A DNA stretch of 51,699 bases, from positions 1-51,699 of the forward strand of contig PKTH01000030.1 of the NCBI GenBank assembly GCA_002869265.1, written 5' to 3'. Position 1 is the first letter of the stretch. Each line of letters begins with the position of its first letter. Origin of the DNA: Candidatus Parcubacteria bacterium. GTDB taxonomy: Bacteria; Patescibacteriota; Patescibacteriia; Patescibacteriales; BM507. The position numbers were made by a program, and so were the translations under genes. Below, piece by piece: positions 1 through 7,335 of this stretch. The notes under the pieces were generated by a model. That model was not told the origin of the DNA. It searched no databases and worked only from the letters and a program-made list of their open reading frames with translations.

Positions 1-26
1 ATAAGTTTTCTAAACTCTTGTGGATA

Positions 27-35
27 ATTATAACA
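27..35 (-). promoter_or_regulatory. Extended -10 promoter element (TGTTATAAT) pointing leftwards out of the window
   Basis: The reverse complement of 27..35 reads TGTTATAAT (TGnTATAAT type). The identical 9-mer recurs upstream of two other minus-strand genes (12881..12889, 43429..43437). The target gene lies beyond the window edge. Confidence 0.35.
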
Positions 36-95
36 CAATAATTAAATAAATCAAATCTTTTTTTAATAAATCGTTTTTTATTGCTAATTTTAGAT

Positions 96-123
96 AAAAA
101 AAGCGAGGTCTTTTGACCTCGCT
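96..123 (-). terminator. Rho-independent terminator of leuA
   Basis: Perfect 9-bp stem AGCGAGGTC (102..110) / GACCTCGCT (115..123) with a 4-nt loop. On the minus strand it is followed by a U-run (rc of A-run 96..101). It starts 7 nt after the leuA TGA stop. Confidence 0.9.
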
Positions 124-130
124 ACATAAA

Positions 131-1726
131 TCAGGAAGCAATCACTTTATCACTTTCTTCTTTTTCAAAAACTTCAAGTTGGTGAAGCTCCCATTTTACA
201 ATTTTATTCAAAGCATTCGTATATGCCATGCCCGCTGCCGCGATTGAATCGGTATGAACTCCGTGACCACTAAAAGTTCGATCATACGCTTCAAGAACGA
301 CCGAGCAGGTTGCCTGAGCAGATATCCCCTTTGTGACATTGTCCATGCTGAAGACATCCAGCCGATAATCAGTCTTTGTAATCTCCTTGATTGCCTTAAA
401 GACCGCATCAACTGGTCCATTCCCCTTACATTCAAACTCTTTGTCTTTGCCATCACACTCCAGAGAAACATAGGCCTTCGCTTCCGACTCAGAATTGAAG
501 CTCCCTTCGATTAAATTGACGACAAACATATCGTCTTCAGCCGAGTCTCCTTGAACCAGGGTTAGAAGGTCGTCATCAAAGACTTCCATCTTCTTGTCAG
601 CCAATTCCTTGAAGCGCATAAATAGCTCTTCAATCTCTTCTTTGGAGAAGGTAAAACCCATTGCCTTTAGGCGGTTGGCAAGAACACGCTTGCTAGAGTG
701 TTTACCTAAAGGCAATTTGCTTTCCTTGAGACCAACCGACTCGGGAGTCATGATTTCGTAGGTTCTCTTATCCATCAGGAAACCATGTTGATGAATGCCT
801 GCCTCATGAGCAAAGGCATTGCCACCGACAATCGCTTTGTTGCGCTGAACCTGCATCCCCGTTGTGGCAACCAGCAGGCGGCTAGCTGGAACAATCTTTT
901 CAGTCACGACATCGGAATAGAAAGGAATGATGTCTCCCCTGGTCCGAAGAGCCATAACGATTTCTTCTAGGGAACAATTTCCGGCCCGTTCGCCAATACC
1001 ATTGATAGTACACTCGACCTGGCGAGCCCCAGCCATTACAGCTGAAAGCGAATTGGCAACTGCTAAACCGAGATCATTGTGACAATGGACTGAAATAATT
1101 GCCTGGTTGATATTGGGGACAAACTCCCGTAAGAAAGCAATGATTTGGCCGTACTCCCAAGGGGTGGTGTAACCCACCGTATCAGGAATATTTACCACAG
1201 TTGCCCCAGCGTCGATTACTTCTGTGATTACCTGTGCTAAAAATGGCAACCTGGTGCGTACTGCATCTTCGGCTGAGAATTCAACATTGCCTGCCGAATA
1301 AGAAGCCGCTCTCTTAACCGCCGCACGTGCTGCATTTACCACTTCTGATTCTGTCATCCGTAGCTTGTGCACCAAGTGAAGCTCGCTAGTCGCGATAAAG
1401 GTATGAATACGCGCCTTTTCTTCTGCATGCTGCAGTGCTTCCCAAGCTCGATCAATGTCCTTGTCGTTTGCGCGACAGAGACCAGCGACCTGCGGACCCT
1501 TGACCTCCTGAGCAATTCTTTTTACTGCCTCGAAATCACCCGGGGAAGCGATCGGAAAACCTGCCTCGATAACGTCAACATTCATTTCTGCCAACAAATG
1601 CGCAATTTGCAGCTTTTGCTCTGTGTTCATGGAACAGCCCGGTGATTGTTCACCATCTCGGAGGGTGGTATCGAAAATCTGAACCTTTCCCCCTTTTTCT
1701 TTTTCTACTACACTTTTGTCAGCCAT
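131..1726 (-). CDS. leuA: 2-isopropylmalate synthase
   Basis: 531-aa ORF with HMGL-like/DRE-TIM motifs (DTTLRDGEQSPG, HCHNDLGLAVANS, GERAGN) and a long C-terminal LeuA-type regulatory/dimerisation region. SD AAAGGAGA lies upstream of the ATG. Stop is TGA. Confidence 0.95.
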   Translation of the reverse strand: MADKSVVEKEKGGKVQIFDTTLRDGEQSPGCSMNTEQKLQIAHLLAEMNVDVIEAGFPIASPGDFEAVKRIAQEVKGPQVAGLCRANDKDIDRAWEALQHAEEKARIHTFIATSELHLVHKLRMTESEVVNAARAAVKRAASYSAGNVEFSAEDAVRTRLPFLAQVITEVIDAGATVVNIPDTVGYTTPWEYGQIIAFLREFVPNINQAIISVHCHNDLGLAVANSLSAVMAGARQVECTINGIGERAGNCSLEEIVMALRTRGDIIPFYSDVVTEKIVPASRLLVATTGMQVQRNKAIVGGNAFAHEAGIHQHGFLMDKRTYEIMTPESVGLKESKLPLGKHSSKRVLANRLKAMGFTFSKEEIEELFMRFKELADKKMEVFDDDLLTLVQGDSAEDDMFVVNLIEGSFNSESEAKAYVSLECDGKDKEFECKGNGPVDAVFKAIKEITKTDYRLDVFSMDNVTKGISAQATCSVVLEAYDRTFSGHGVHTDSIAAAGMAYTNALNKIVKWELHQLEVFEKEESDKVIAS

Positions 1727-1798
1727 TCTTTATCTCCTTTGCTTGGGTTAGCTCAATAATTGAGCATTGGTTAAATAAAATTGAAAATTTCAAAGAAC

Positions 1799-1822
1799 AA
1801 AAAAATCACCCTCTTGGGTGAT
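1799..1822 (-). terminator. Attenuator terminator in the leuA leader
   Basis: Minus-strand RNA reads AUCACCC-AAGA-GGGUGAU followed by a U-run (rc of 1799..1804), about 75 nt upstream of the leuA ATG. The 5' arm can alternatively pair with an upstream GGGUGACUUG segment (rc of 1864..1873). Confidence 0.7.
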
Positions 1823-1847
1823 CTTGCTTTTTTAGTTTATTTAAAAA

Positions 1848-1928
1848 CTATTTCATACGAAAACAAGTCACCCCTGGGGTAAGCAGTAATAAACCTAATA
1901 GTAAATTTTGCTTTTTAACTTGTATCAT
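1848..1928 (-). CDS. Putative leucine-rich leader peptide of leuA (26 aa, MIQVKKQNLLLGLLLLTPGVTCFRMK)
   Basis: ATG (1928..1926) to TAG (1850..1848), hand-translated codon by codon. It has 7 Leu codons within 8 positions (UUA CUA UUA GGU UUA UUA CUG CUU), immediately followed by alternative hairpin segments and the terminator at 1799..1822. Too short for the supplied ORF track. Confidence 0.6.
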   Translation of the reverse strand: MIQVKKQNLLLGLLLLTPGVTCFRMK

Positions 1929-1936
1929 ATATGCCT

Positions 1937-1965
1937 AATATATATTAAAAATAGCTTTTTGTCAA
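1937..1965 (-). promoter_or_regulatory. Sigma70-like promoter for the leuA leader
   Basis: On the minus strand: -35 TTGACA (rc of 1960..1965), 17-nt spacer, -10 TATATT (rc of 1937..1942). The predicted start is close to the leader-peptide ATG. Confidence 0.5.
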
Positions 1966-1987
1966 TCAAATAAAAAATTGTGGTATT

Positions 1988-2155
1988 TTATTCTTTCCAG
2001 TCAGAAATAAGCAAATCCTTCCCCTTCTTTTTAACTACCAGCTTTTGCGACTCTCTCCAGCCGAGCTCTTTGACCAAATCCACCGGCAAAGTGAGGGCAT
2101 AGCTATTACCACTTTTAAAAATTTTTCTTATGCTTCTATTAATTATTTTTCTCAT
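1988..2155 (-). CDS. AbrB/MazE/SpoVT-family DNA-binding protein (55 aa, not in the ORF track)
   Basis: Hand translation gives MRKIINRSIRKIFKSGNSYALTLPVDLVKELGWRESQKLVVKKKGKDLLISDWKE. The pattern K-x-G-N-S-x-A-x-T-L-P...EL-G...G..L is typical of the SpoVT-AbrB swapped-hairpin domain. No obvious SD and no adjacent toxin-like ORF. Confidence 0.6.
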   Translation of the reverse strand: MRKIINRSIRKIFKSGNSYALTLPVDLVKELGWRESQKLVVKKKGKDLLISDWKE

Positions 2156-2160
2156 ATAAA

Positions 2161-2194
2161 TGTCTATACATGTGTCTATACATATGTATAGACA
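2161..2194. promoter_or_regulatory. Operator-like repeats: three copies of TGTCTATACAT, including a perfect 22-bp palindrome
   Basis: TGTCTATACAT occurs at 2161..2171 and 2173..2183 (direct), and its exact reverse complement ATGTATAGACA at 2184..2194. Thus 2173..2194 is a perfect palindrome. It lies between the argS stop (2203) and the AbrB-like start (2155). Confidence 0.5.
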
Positions 2195-2202
2195 TAAATT
2201 TA

Positions 2203-3900
2203 TTACATCTCTTCCATGGTGTCTATCCCTAAGAGGTTTAAACCATTTTTTATAATATTTTGGACGCTAAAAACCAAGGCCAATCTAGCTTTTTTCTCCT
2301 CTTCTCCAGATTTCAATATTTTTACCGAGTGATAGTAGTCATTTAGTGACTGAGCTAGGTCAAATAAATATTTAGCTATTTCGCTTGGGTTATAGTCCTC
2401 AGCTGCCTTTTTCACCACCTCTGAATATTTTGCTATTTTAATTACTAAAATATTTTCTTTGTCTTCTTTTAATTCTGAAAAATCAATGCTCTTTTTATCA
2501 AAATCTCCAGCTTTACGAAGAATGCTTGCTATACGAGCGTAAGTGTATTGTAAATAAGCAGCAGTATAACCATCGAAACGCAGGGCTTGATCGGTATCAA
2601 AAGTAATAACCTGGTCTGAGCCAACCTTAAGCATCTCAAACTTCATCGCTCCAAAGATTATTTTCTCTGCCACTTCTTTTACTTTATACTCTGGCCAATC
2701 TTCATGTCTTTTTTTAGTTTCATCAAAAGATTTTTTGAAGGCTTCTTCTTTGAGCTGTTCATAGGTAACTGTATTGCCGCTCCTGGAAGACATCGCGCCA
2801 TCAGGAAGAGTTACAAAATCATGATCAAGATGAACAAGCTTTTGCTTGTAGCCCATCAATTCAATAACTTTAAAAAGCTGTTTAAAGTGAAGTTTTTGCC
2901 TATTATCAACTACGTATATTGATTCGTTTAATTTATACTTTTCAATTTTGTATTTAGCTAGTGGAATATCAGCCACTGGATACAGGGCTGTCCCGTCACT
3001 ACGCATAAAAACCATTACCCCTAAATTGTATTCTTCTAGATCGGCAATAATTGCTCCATCACTTTCTTTTAAAATCCCCTTTTTCAGCATCTCCGTCACT
3101 TGTTTGATGCCTTCATCAATAAATTCATTTTCATAAAAAACATGATCTATTTTTACTCCCAGTTCTTTATAAATAGCATCAAATTGCTTAATACTCCACT
3201 CTCTGGTTTTTTTCCATAATTCATATTCTGGCCCTTCTCGTGACTCTATCTTTTTCATTATAAAAGCGGCTGTTTGTTTACCAACTTCATTGTTTTCAAG
3301 CTCCTTACTGGCCCGAACATAAATCTCACCTAAAAATGCTCCCTTATTACTTGGGACCAAGGTTCTTTTATAAAACTCATTATAGGCCCACAGGGTTTTA
3401 GCTGTATGGATACCAAAGTCATTAATATAAGAAACCGGCAAAACATCATAACCATTAGCTGAAAGAATTCTAGAAACTGAATCTCCAAAACTAATATTTC
3501 GAAGATGCCCCACATGATATTCTTTATGAGTATTTACGTTTGAAAATTCAATCATCACTCTCTTTTTTTTGCCAGACTTATTTGTTCCAAAACCTTCCGT
3601 CTTTTTAGAAACATCCTTAAATATTTCTTTAAAAAGCATTGACTTGTTTAAAAAGAAGTTGAGATAAGGCCCCATGGCAACCAAGGACTGAATTTCTTCA
3701 AATTTATCACCTAGATCTTTAACCAGTTCTTGGGAAAGTTCAACTGGAGTTTTGCCCAATTCTTTAGAAAGTTTAAAGCAAGGCATACTCAGGTCTCCCA
3801 TTTCTTTATTCGGTGGATAAGAAAAATCGGACATCTCTAAAATGTCTTTATTGTATTTTGTATTTAACTCTTTGAGTATTTTTTTCTTTATGTTTTCCAT
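2203..3900 (-). CDS. argS: Arginine--tRNA ligase
   Basis: 565-aa ORF with the class I HIGH-type motif HVGHLRN and the ArgRS-type KMSKS-equivalent MSSRSG. The DALR-like C-terminal anticodon-binding region ends in Met, as is typical for ArgRS. Confidence 0.93.
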   Translation of the reverse strand: MENIKKKILKELNTKYNKDILEMSDFSYPPNKEMGDLSMPCFKLSKELGKTPVELSQELVKDLGDKFEEIQSLVAMGPYLNFFLNKSMLFKEIFKDVSKKTEGFGTNKSGKKKRVMIEFSNVNTHKEYHVGHLRNISFGDSVSRILSANGYDVLPVSYINDFGIHTAKTLWAYNEFYKRTLVPSNKGAFLGEIYVRASKELENNEVGKQTAAFIMKKIESREGPEYELWKKTREWSIKQFDAIYKELGVKIDHVFYENEFIDEGIKQVTEMLKKGILKESDGAIIADLEEYNLGVMVFMRSDGTALYPVADIPLAKYKIEKYKLNESIYVVDNRQKLHFKQLFKVIELMGYKQKLVHLDHDFVTLPDGAMSSRSGNTVTYEQLKEEAFKKSFDETKKRHEDWPEYKVKEVAEKIIFGAMKFEMLKVGSDQVITFDTDQALRFDGYTAAYLQYTYARIASILRKAGDFDKKSIDFSELKEDKENILVIKIAKYSEVVKKAAEDYNPSEIAKYLFDLAQSLNDYYHSVKILKSGEEEKKARLALVFSVQNIIKNGLNLLGIDTMEEM

Positions 3901-4605
3901 TTAATTAAATATCCCTTCTTTTTGTATCTCCTTTTCTTCCTCTTTAACTTCAGAAATAAGCCTCTTTCTGGATTTGTAGAATTGTAGCAAGGTAAAGACA
4001 ATAATGCTAGCCACCAGTATCCCTGATATATTTAAACCAGTAACAGCTATAAATCTATAAAAATAATCTAACTCTTTCAGTGATAATGAAAGACCTGAGG
4101 CAGTTAGAGGTGGAATAAGTGTAACAGTAATTGCAATCCCAGGCAATATAGAATTTAGGTCAGGTTTTACCCAGGTATAGCTAGCAGCGAGTCCAGCAAT
4201 AAAAGCTATCACAAAAGGAATCCAACCCACTTCGAGATTGTTTAGAAGAGTGATGCTCTCGATGTCAAAAATATTAAAATGTCCTACCAAAAATGCAATA
4301 AAAAGGGTCCAAGTAGCTGAGTAGAAAAATATCTTTAGAGACCTAGCTAAAACGTGGGCATTTAGAATAACTACTCCCAAGGAAAGCGCTAAAATGGGTG
4401 ATAAAATAGGGGTCACTAACATTCCCCCAATAACCAAAACAACGTTGTCTAGAATAAGACCAAAGGAAACAATAAGAGTCGATAAAACAACCAAAAAATA
4501 AAAATCAAACTTCGGAGCGCTTGATTCAATGATTGTAGTACAGAAATGATTTCTGTCTGATTGATCAACCTTTAGAAAGGCAAAAGAATCTAAAATTTTC
4601 TTCAT
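3901..4605 (-). CDS. DUF389-like integral membrane protein
   Basis: 234-aa ORF with multiple TM helices. The motif VIGGMLVTPILSPILALSLG resembles the conserved DUF389 core (GAMLxxPLMxP). Its TAA stop abuts the argS ATG, suggesting translational coupling. Confidence 0.55.
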   Translation of the reverse strand: MKKILDSFAFLKVDQSDRNHFCTTIIESSAPKFDFYFLVVLSTLIVSFGLILDNVVLVIGGMLVTPILSPILALSLGVVILNAHVLARSLKIFFYSATWTLFIAFLVGHFNIFDIESITLLNNLEVGWIPFVIAFIAGLAASYTWVKPDLNSILPGIAITVTLIPPLTASGLSLSLKELDYFYRFIAVTGLNISGILVASIIVFTLLQFYKSRKRLISEVKEEEKEIQKEGIFN

Positions 4606-4614
4606 AAGCTATAA

Positions 4615-4625
4615 TCTATACATAT
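4615..4625. promoter_or_regulatory. Fourth copy of the TCTATACATAT operator-like motif
   Basis: TCTATACATAT at 4615..4625 matches the core of the repeats at 2161..2194. It lies ~10 nt upstream of the DUF389 start codon (4605). Confidence 0.35.
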
Positions 4626-4755
4626 ATTGTATCTTATCTATATTAATTTTTCAATTTGATTTTGCTTATATCAGCCTAAAAAAATATTTATTAAACAATT
4701 TTTTCTATTTTTTGTCTAATATAAGGTATTTTTTAATTTTTTTCTTAGTTTTTTG

Positions 4756-4764
4756 TGCTATAAT
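4756..4764 (+). promoter_or_regulatory. Extended -10 promoter (TGCTATAAT) of the small cohesin-like gene
   Basis: TGCTATAAT at 4756..4764, 20 nt upstream of the ATG at 4784. Confidence 0.45.
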
Positions 4765-4783
4765 TTAACAAGTAAATATCTCT

Positions 4784-5287
4784 ATGACTAAAAAATTAAT
4801 CAAATTTGGATTTTTCGTTTTTGTGTTTTTTTCTGCTTTTGGAATTGTGAATGCCGATGAGCGAATTGCAAACGAAAACGTAATAAGTGACGCTAGTATT
4901 TCTCTCGAACTTGCCTTCTTTGATGCTAGCTCAAGTACTGGAATTTTAAATATCATGGTTGACCCGGGCTCACAAAGTGCTAACGCCAGTGGTCTCGTTC
5001 TAAACTTTGCAACTAGCACGATCCAAATAAATAGCATACTAACTGGAAACTCGTTTTGCAGTTTTTTTCTTGAAAACAATTTCGATAATAGTACTGGAAA
5101 ATTGAGTTTAAGCGGAATGAAACCCTACCCTGGAATAGCCACCTCAAGCCTTATGGGACAAATATTTTTTGAAAAGATCTCAACTAGTTCATCTGATATT
5201 ATCATCAACCAAGACGAATCAATGGTCTTAGCCAACAACGGCTATGCTACGAACGTCCTAGCAACAAGCAGCTCACTTAAGTTGTAA
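4784..5287 (+). CDS. Small secreted cohesin-like domain protein
   Basis: 167 aa with signal peptide MTKKLIKFGFFVFVFFSAFGIVNA. The single domain is collinear with the cohesin-like domains of 5560..7314 and 33497..35260. For example, KLSLSGMKPYPG...GQIFFEK...MVLANNGYATNVL aligns with SISFGGGIPRPG...FSVTFKA...AVLANDGKGTNIL. Confidence 0.55.
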   Translation: MTKKLIKFGFFVFVFFSAFGIVNADERIANENVISDASISLELAFFDASSSTGILNIMVDPGSQSANASGLVLNFATSTIQINSILTGNSFCSFFLENNFDNSTGKLSLSGMKPYPGIATSSLMGQIFFEKISTSSSDIIINQDESMVLANNGYATNVLATSSSLKL

Positions 5288-5304
5288 TTAATTTAAGACA
5301 CAAT

Positions 5305-5450
5305 TCCCCCGAACATTGAAAATTTTGGAGTAAAATGAAGCGTAGAAATCTTTGCAAAACATCCGATGATTGAGCGCAGGGAGTTCGGAATTTTGCTAGA
5401 TTTCATAGCGAAATGATCCAAAGTTATTCCTGTTCGGGGTTTTTACTCCA
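5305..5450. other. Structured intergenic element (candidate small RNA; strand unresolved)
   Basis: Nested and crossing complementarities. CCCCGAACA 5307..5315 pairs with TGTTCGGGG 5431..5439. GGAGTAAAA 5327..5335 pairs with TTTTACTCC 5441..5449. GAAATCT 5345..5351 pairs with AGATTTC 5398..5404. GCAAAA 5354..5359 pairs with TTTTGC 5391..5396. TCCGA 5362..5366 pairs with TCGGA 5385..5389. Confidence 0.3.
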
Positions 5451-5511
5451 CTTTTTTTAAAAAAGTGGATCTGAAAATTGTTTTTAACTTAACTATATTC
5501 TTATAATCAAT

Positions 5512-5545
5512 AAAAAAGTACGCACAAATACTGCGTACTTTTTTG
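5512..5545. terminator. Bidirectional Rho-independent terminator between convergent genes
   Basis: Perfect 9-bp stem AAGTACGCA (5516..5524) / TGCGTACTT (5532..5540), flanked by an A-run on the left and a T-run on the right. It lies 15 nt beyond the TAG stop of 5560..7314. Confidence 0.8.
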
Positions 5546-5559
5546 ATATTTAAGCCTAG

Positions 5560-7314
5560 CTATCTAGCTAAATCCTCTACATCTTCAACCTCTTTCATAA
5601 CCTTTTTCTCCATCGCATCAATCTTTGCTCTTAAGGTGGTTTGAGTTTCATCGAGTAGTTTCTTCTGAGCGGCTGAAGTTCTTCCCTTGGCTAAGGTCTT
5701 AAAGTCCTCTTCTATTTCCTTTCTGAGTTCTTTAATGTTTTGTTTTAAAACATCCTCAACCTCTGTTGCCTCTTTTCTTAGTTTCTTCCGAGCAATCCTC
5801 GCCAAGAAGATGGACATTATAATTATTAGCAGTATCAAGAACAAAAGACTGACAAAAACAGTAAAATAATTAACTACAAAATCACCAATTCTAGTAAATA
5901 TAGGAGGGCTTACTAAGATACCGACCTTTTCGCTGTTTGCACTACTGAGACCGTTTTTATTCTTTGCTTGAACCCAGGCCATATAACTGCCGTTTGGCAT
6001 GTCATCTTCGTTTATGATAAACCAGTTTCCATTTTGATCAGACTTTGTCTCCTTGCTTATCATTGTGCCATCTTTTTGCACAAATAGTTTTATAAGCACA
6101 TCTGGAAGAGCTGTACCACTAATATATAGGTTATCACTAGAGGTCATCTCAGTAGGATAGTGTAGAATAACTGGGGTCTCGATAGCATTTATATAAAATT
6201 TCTGCTCAGCATATGTTTCATTTCCAGCTGCATCGATTGCTTTTACTAAAACCGTGTGTTCTCCCACCTCTAAACCACTAACTTTCAAATATGGTTCCTC
6301 TGCTCCATTTTCATAAGCATCTTCGTTTAAACTATTAACGATAATCTCGTAATTAACAACACCTGAGTATTCGTCTAGAGCTTCGAAGAAAAGAGACGGC
6401 CAGTCTTCACCTTCTTCTTTTTTTACTTCAATTTCAAATGGTAATGGAGGAGTATTATCTATCTGAAATCGGAAATGAGAAACTGTACCCCAACCACTTG
6501 AATCTCTAAACTTCAAATGAAAATAGTATATTCCATCCTCATTATCATTAAATTCCATATTGTCCTCAAGTCCATCAGAAACATTGCCCGGAACACTTGA
6601 TGGAGAATCATCCATTAGATAACTTATGCCAGTTACCCCCGATGGCAGATCCCAGTTTAATTGAACATTTCTGTTTTTATACCAAACCTGACTATCAGGA
6701 TGAGTGGCCGAGCTTATTGTAGGCTTAATTCTTGCTGTTTCAACTGGCTCTGGTTTTGTTGTTGGTTTAGTGTCTGTATTGTCTGAGGTGTTGTTATTTG
6801 CTGGAGGGGTTACCTTTGGGGAGATTGTATACCTACCTGAACCCATGCTAGCCAATATGTTTGTTCCCTTTCCATCATTCGCTAAAACTGCTCCAGATGA
6901 GAAACTAATTTGAGCGCCATCTGTTTTTACTGCCTTAAAAGTAACAGAAAAAAGTGTTCCTCCAGCTCCTGTGTAACCTGGCCTTGGGATGCCTCCACCA
7001 AAACTTATGGATGAACCAGTATCAACCGGATCAGCTGTCCAAAGGTTAAAGATAGAACCTCCTTTTGAAATACTAACCACATCCAATCTGTCAGTATCAT
7101 AGACAAGCGTTCCTTCCGCGGCATTAATCGGGGCGCCATCTGTATTCACCTTTACTGTAACAGTAAAAGTAGAATTGATAACATGGGTGCCTGATGATGG
7201 AGTCAAATAGAGTGAAGCACTGGCAGCGTCTGCTTGTTCTACATTAATTAGTCCAAAAAATAAAAATACAAAAACTGTCAAAAGAATTTTTGATTTTAAA
7301 AATATTTTATTCAT
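5560..7314 (-). CDS. Membrane-anchored cohesin-domain surface protein with cytoplasmic coiled-coil tail
   Basis: 584 aa. Order: signal peptide, N-terminal cohesin-like domain (ASLYLTPSSG...SISFGGGIPRPGYTG...VLANDGKGTNIL), Thr/Pro-rich linker, Ig-like beta domains, one TM helix (FTVFVSLLFLILLIIIMSIFL), then a ~75-aa charged heptad-like tail. SD AGGAGG. Collinear paralog of 33497..35260. Confidence 0.7.
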   Translation of the reverse strand: MNKIFLKSKILLTVFVFLFFGLINVEQADAASASLYLTPSSGTHVINSTFTVTVKVNTDGAPINAAEGTLVYDTDRLDVVSISKGGSIFNLWTADPVDTGSSISFGGGIPRPGYTGAGGTLFSVTFKAVKTDGAQISFSSGAVLANDGKGTNILASMGSGRYTISPKVTPPANNNTSDNTDTKPTTKPEPVETARIKPTISSATHPDSQVWYKNRNVQLNWDLPSGVTGISYLMDDSPSSVPGNVSDGLEDNMEFNDNEDGIYYFHLKFRDSSGWGTVSHFRFQIDNTPPLPFEIEVKKEEGEDWPSLFFEALDEYSGVVNYEIIVNSLNEDAYENGAEEPYLKVSGLEVGEHTVLVKAIDAAGNETYAEQKFYINAIETPVILHYPTEMTSSDNLYISGTALPDVLIKLFVQKDGTMISKETKSDQNGNWFIINEDDMPNGSYMAWVQAKNKNGLSSANSEKVGILVSPPIFTRIGDFVVNYFTVFVSLLFLILLIIIMSIFLARIARKKLRKEATEVEDVLKQNIKELRKEIEEDFKTLAKGRTSAAQKKLLDETQTTLRAKIDAMEKKVMKEVEDVEDLAR

Positions 7315-7335
7315 ACCTCCTTGATATAATTATTA

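Noticed and set aside
19-27. DnaA boxes as evidence for a replication origin
   Set aside because: I saw only three isolated perfect 9-mers, spread over 43 kb. There is no cluster, no adjacent AT-rich unwinding element pattern, and no dnaA/dnaN genes in the window.
208-1645. Short ORFs in the track inside or antisense to leuA (208..471, 254..514, 785..970, 1367..1645)
   Set aside because: They lie fully within a confidently identified 531-aa leuA frame. They have no motifs, and their composition is typical of shadow frames.
1727-1935. T-box riboswitch in the leuA leader
   Set aside because: I could not find the conserved T-box sequence or a specifier-loop arrangement. The Leu-rich short ORF plus overlapping alternative hairpins explains the structure better. 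This should still be confirmed with a covariance model.
4765-5079. 104-aa minus-strand ORF overlapping the start of 4784..5287
   Set aside because: The plus-strand ORF has a promoter, a signal peptide and homology to the neighbouring cohesin-like domains. The antisense frame has none of these.
5335-5373. 12-codon ORF (MKRRNLCKTSDD) with a GGAG four nt upstream
   Set aside because: It is too short to support as a gene from sequence alone. It is noted only as a possible component of the structured element at 5305..5450.
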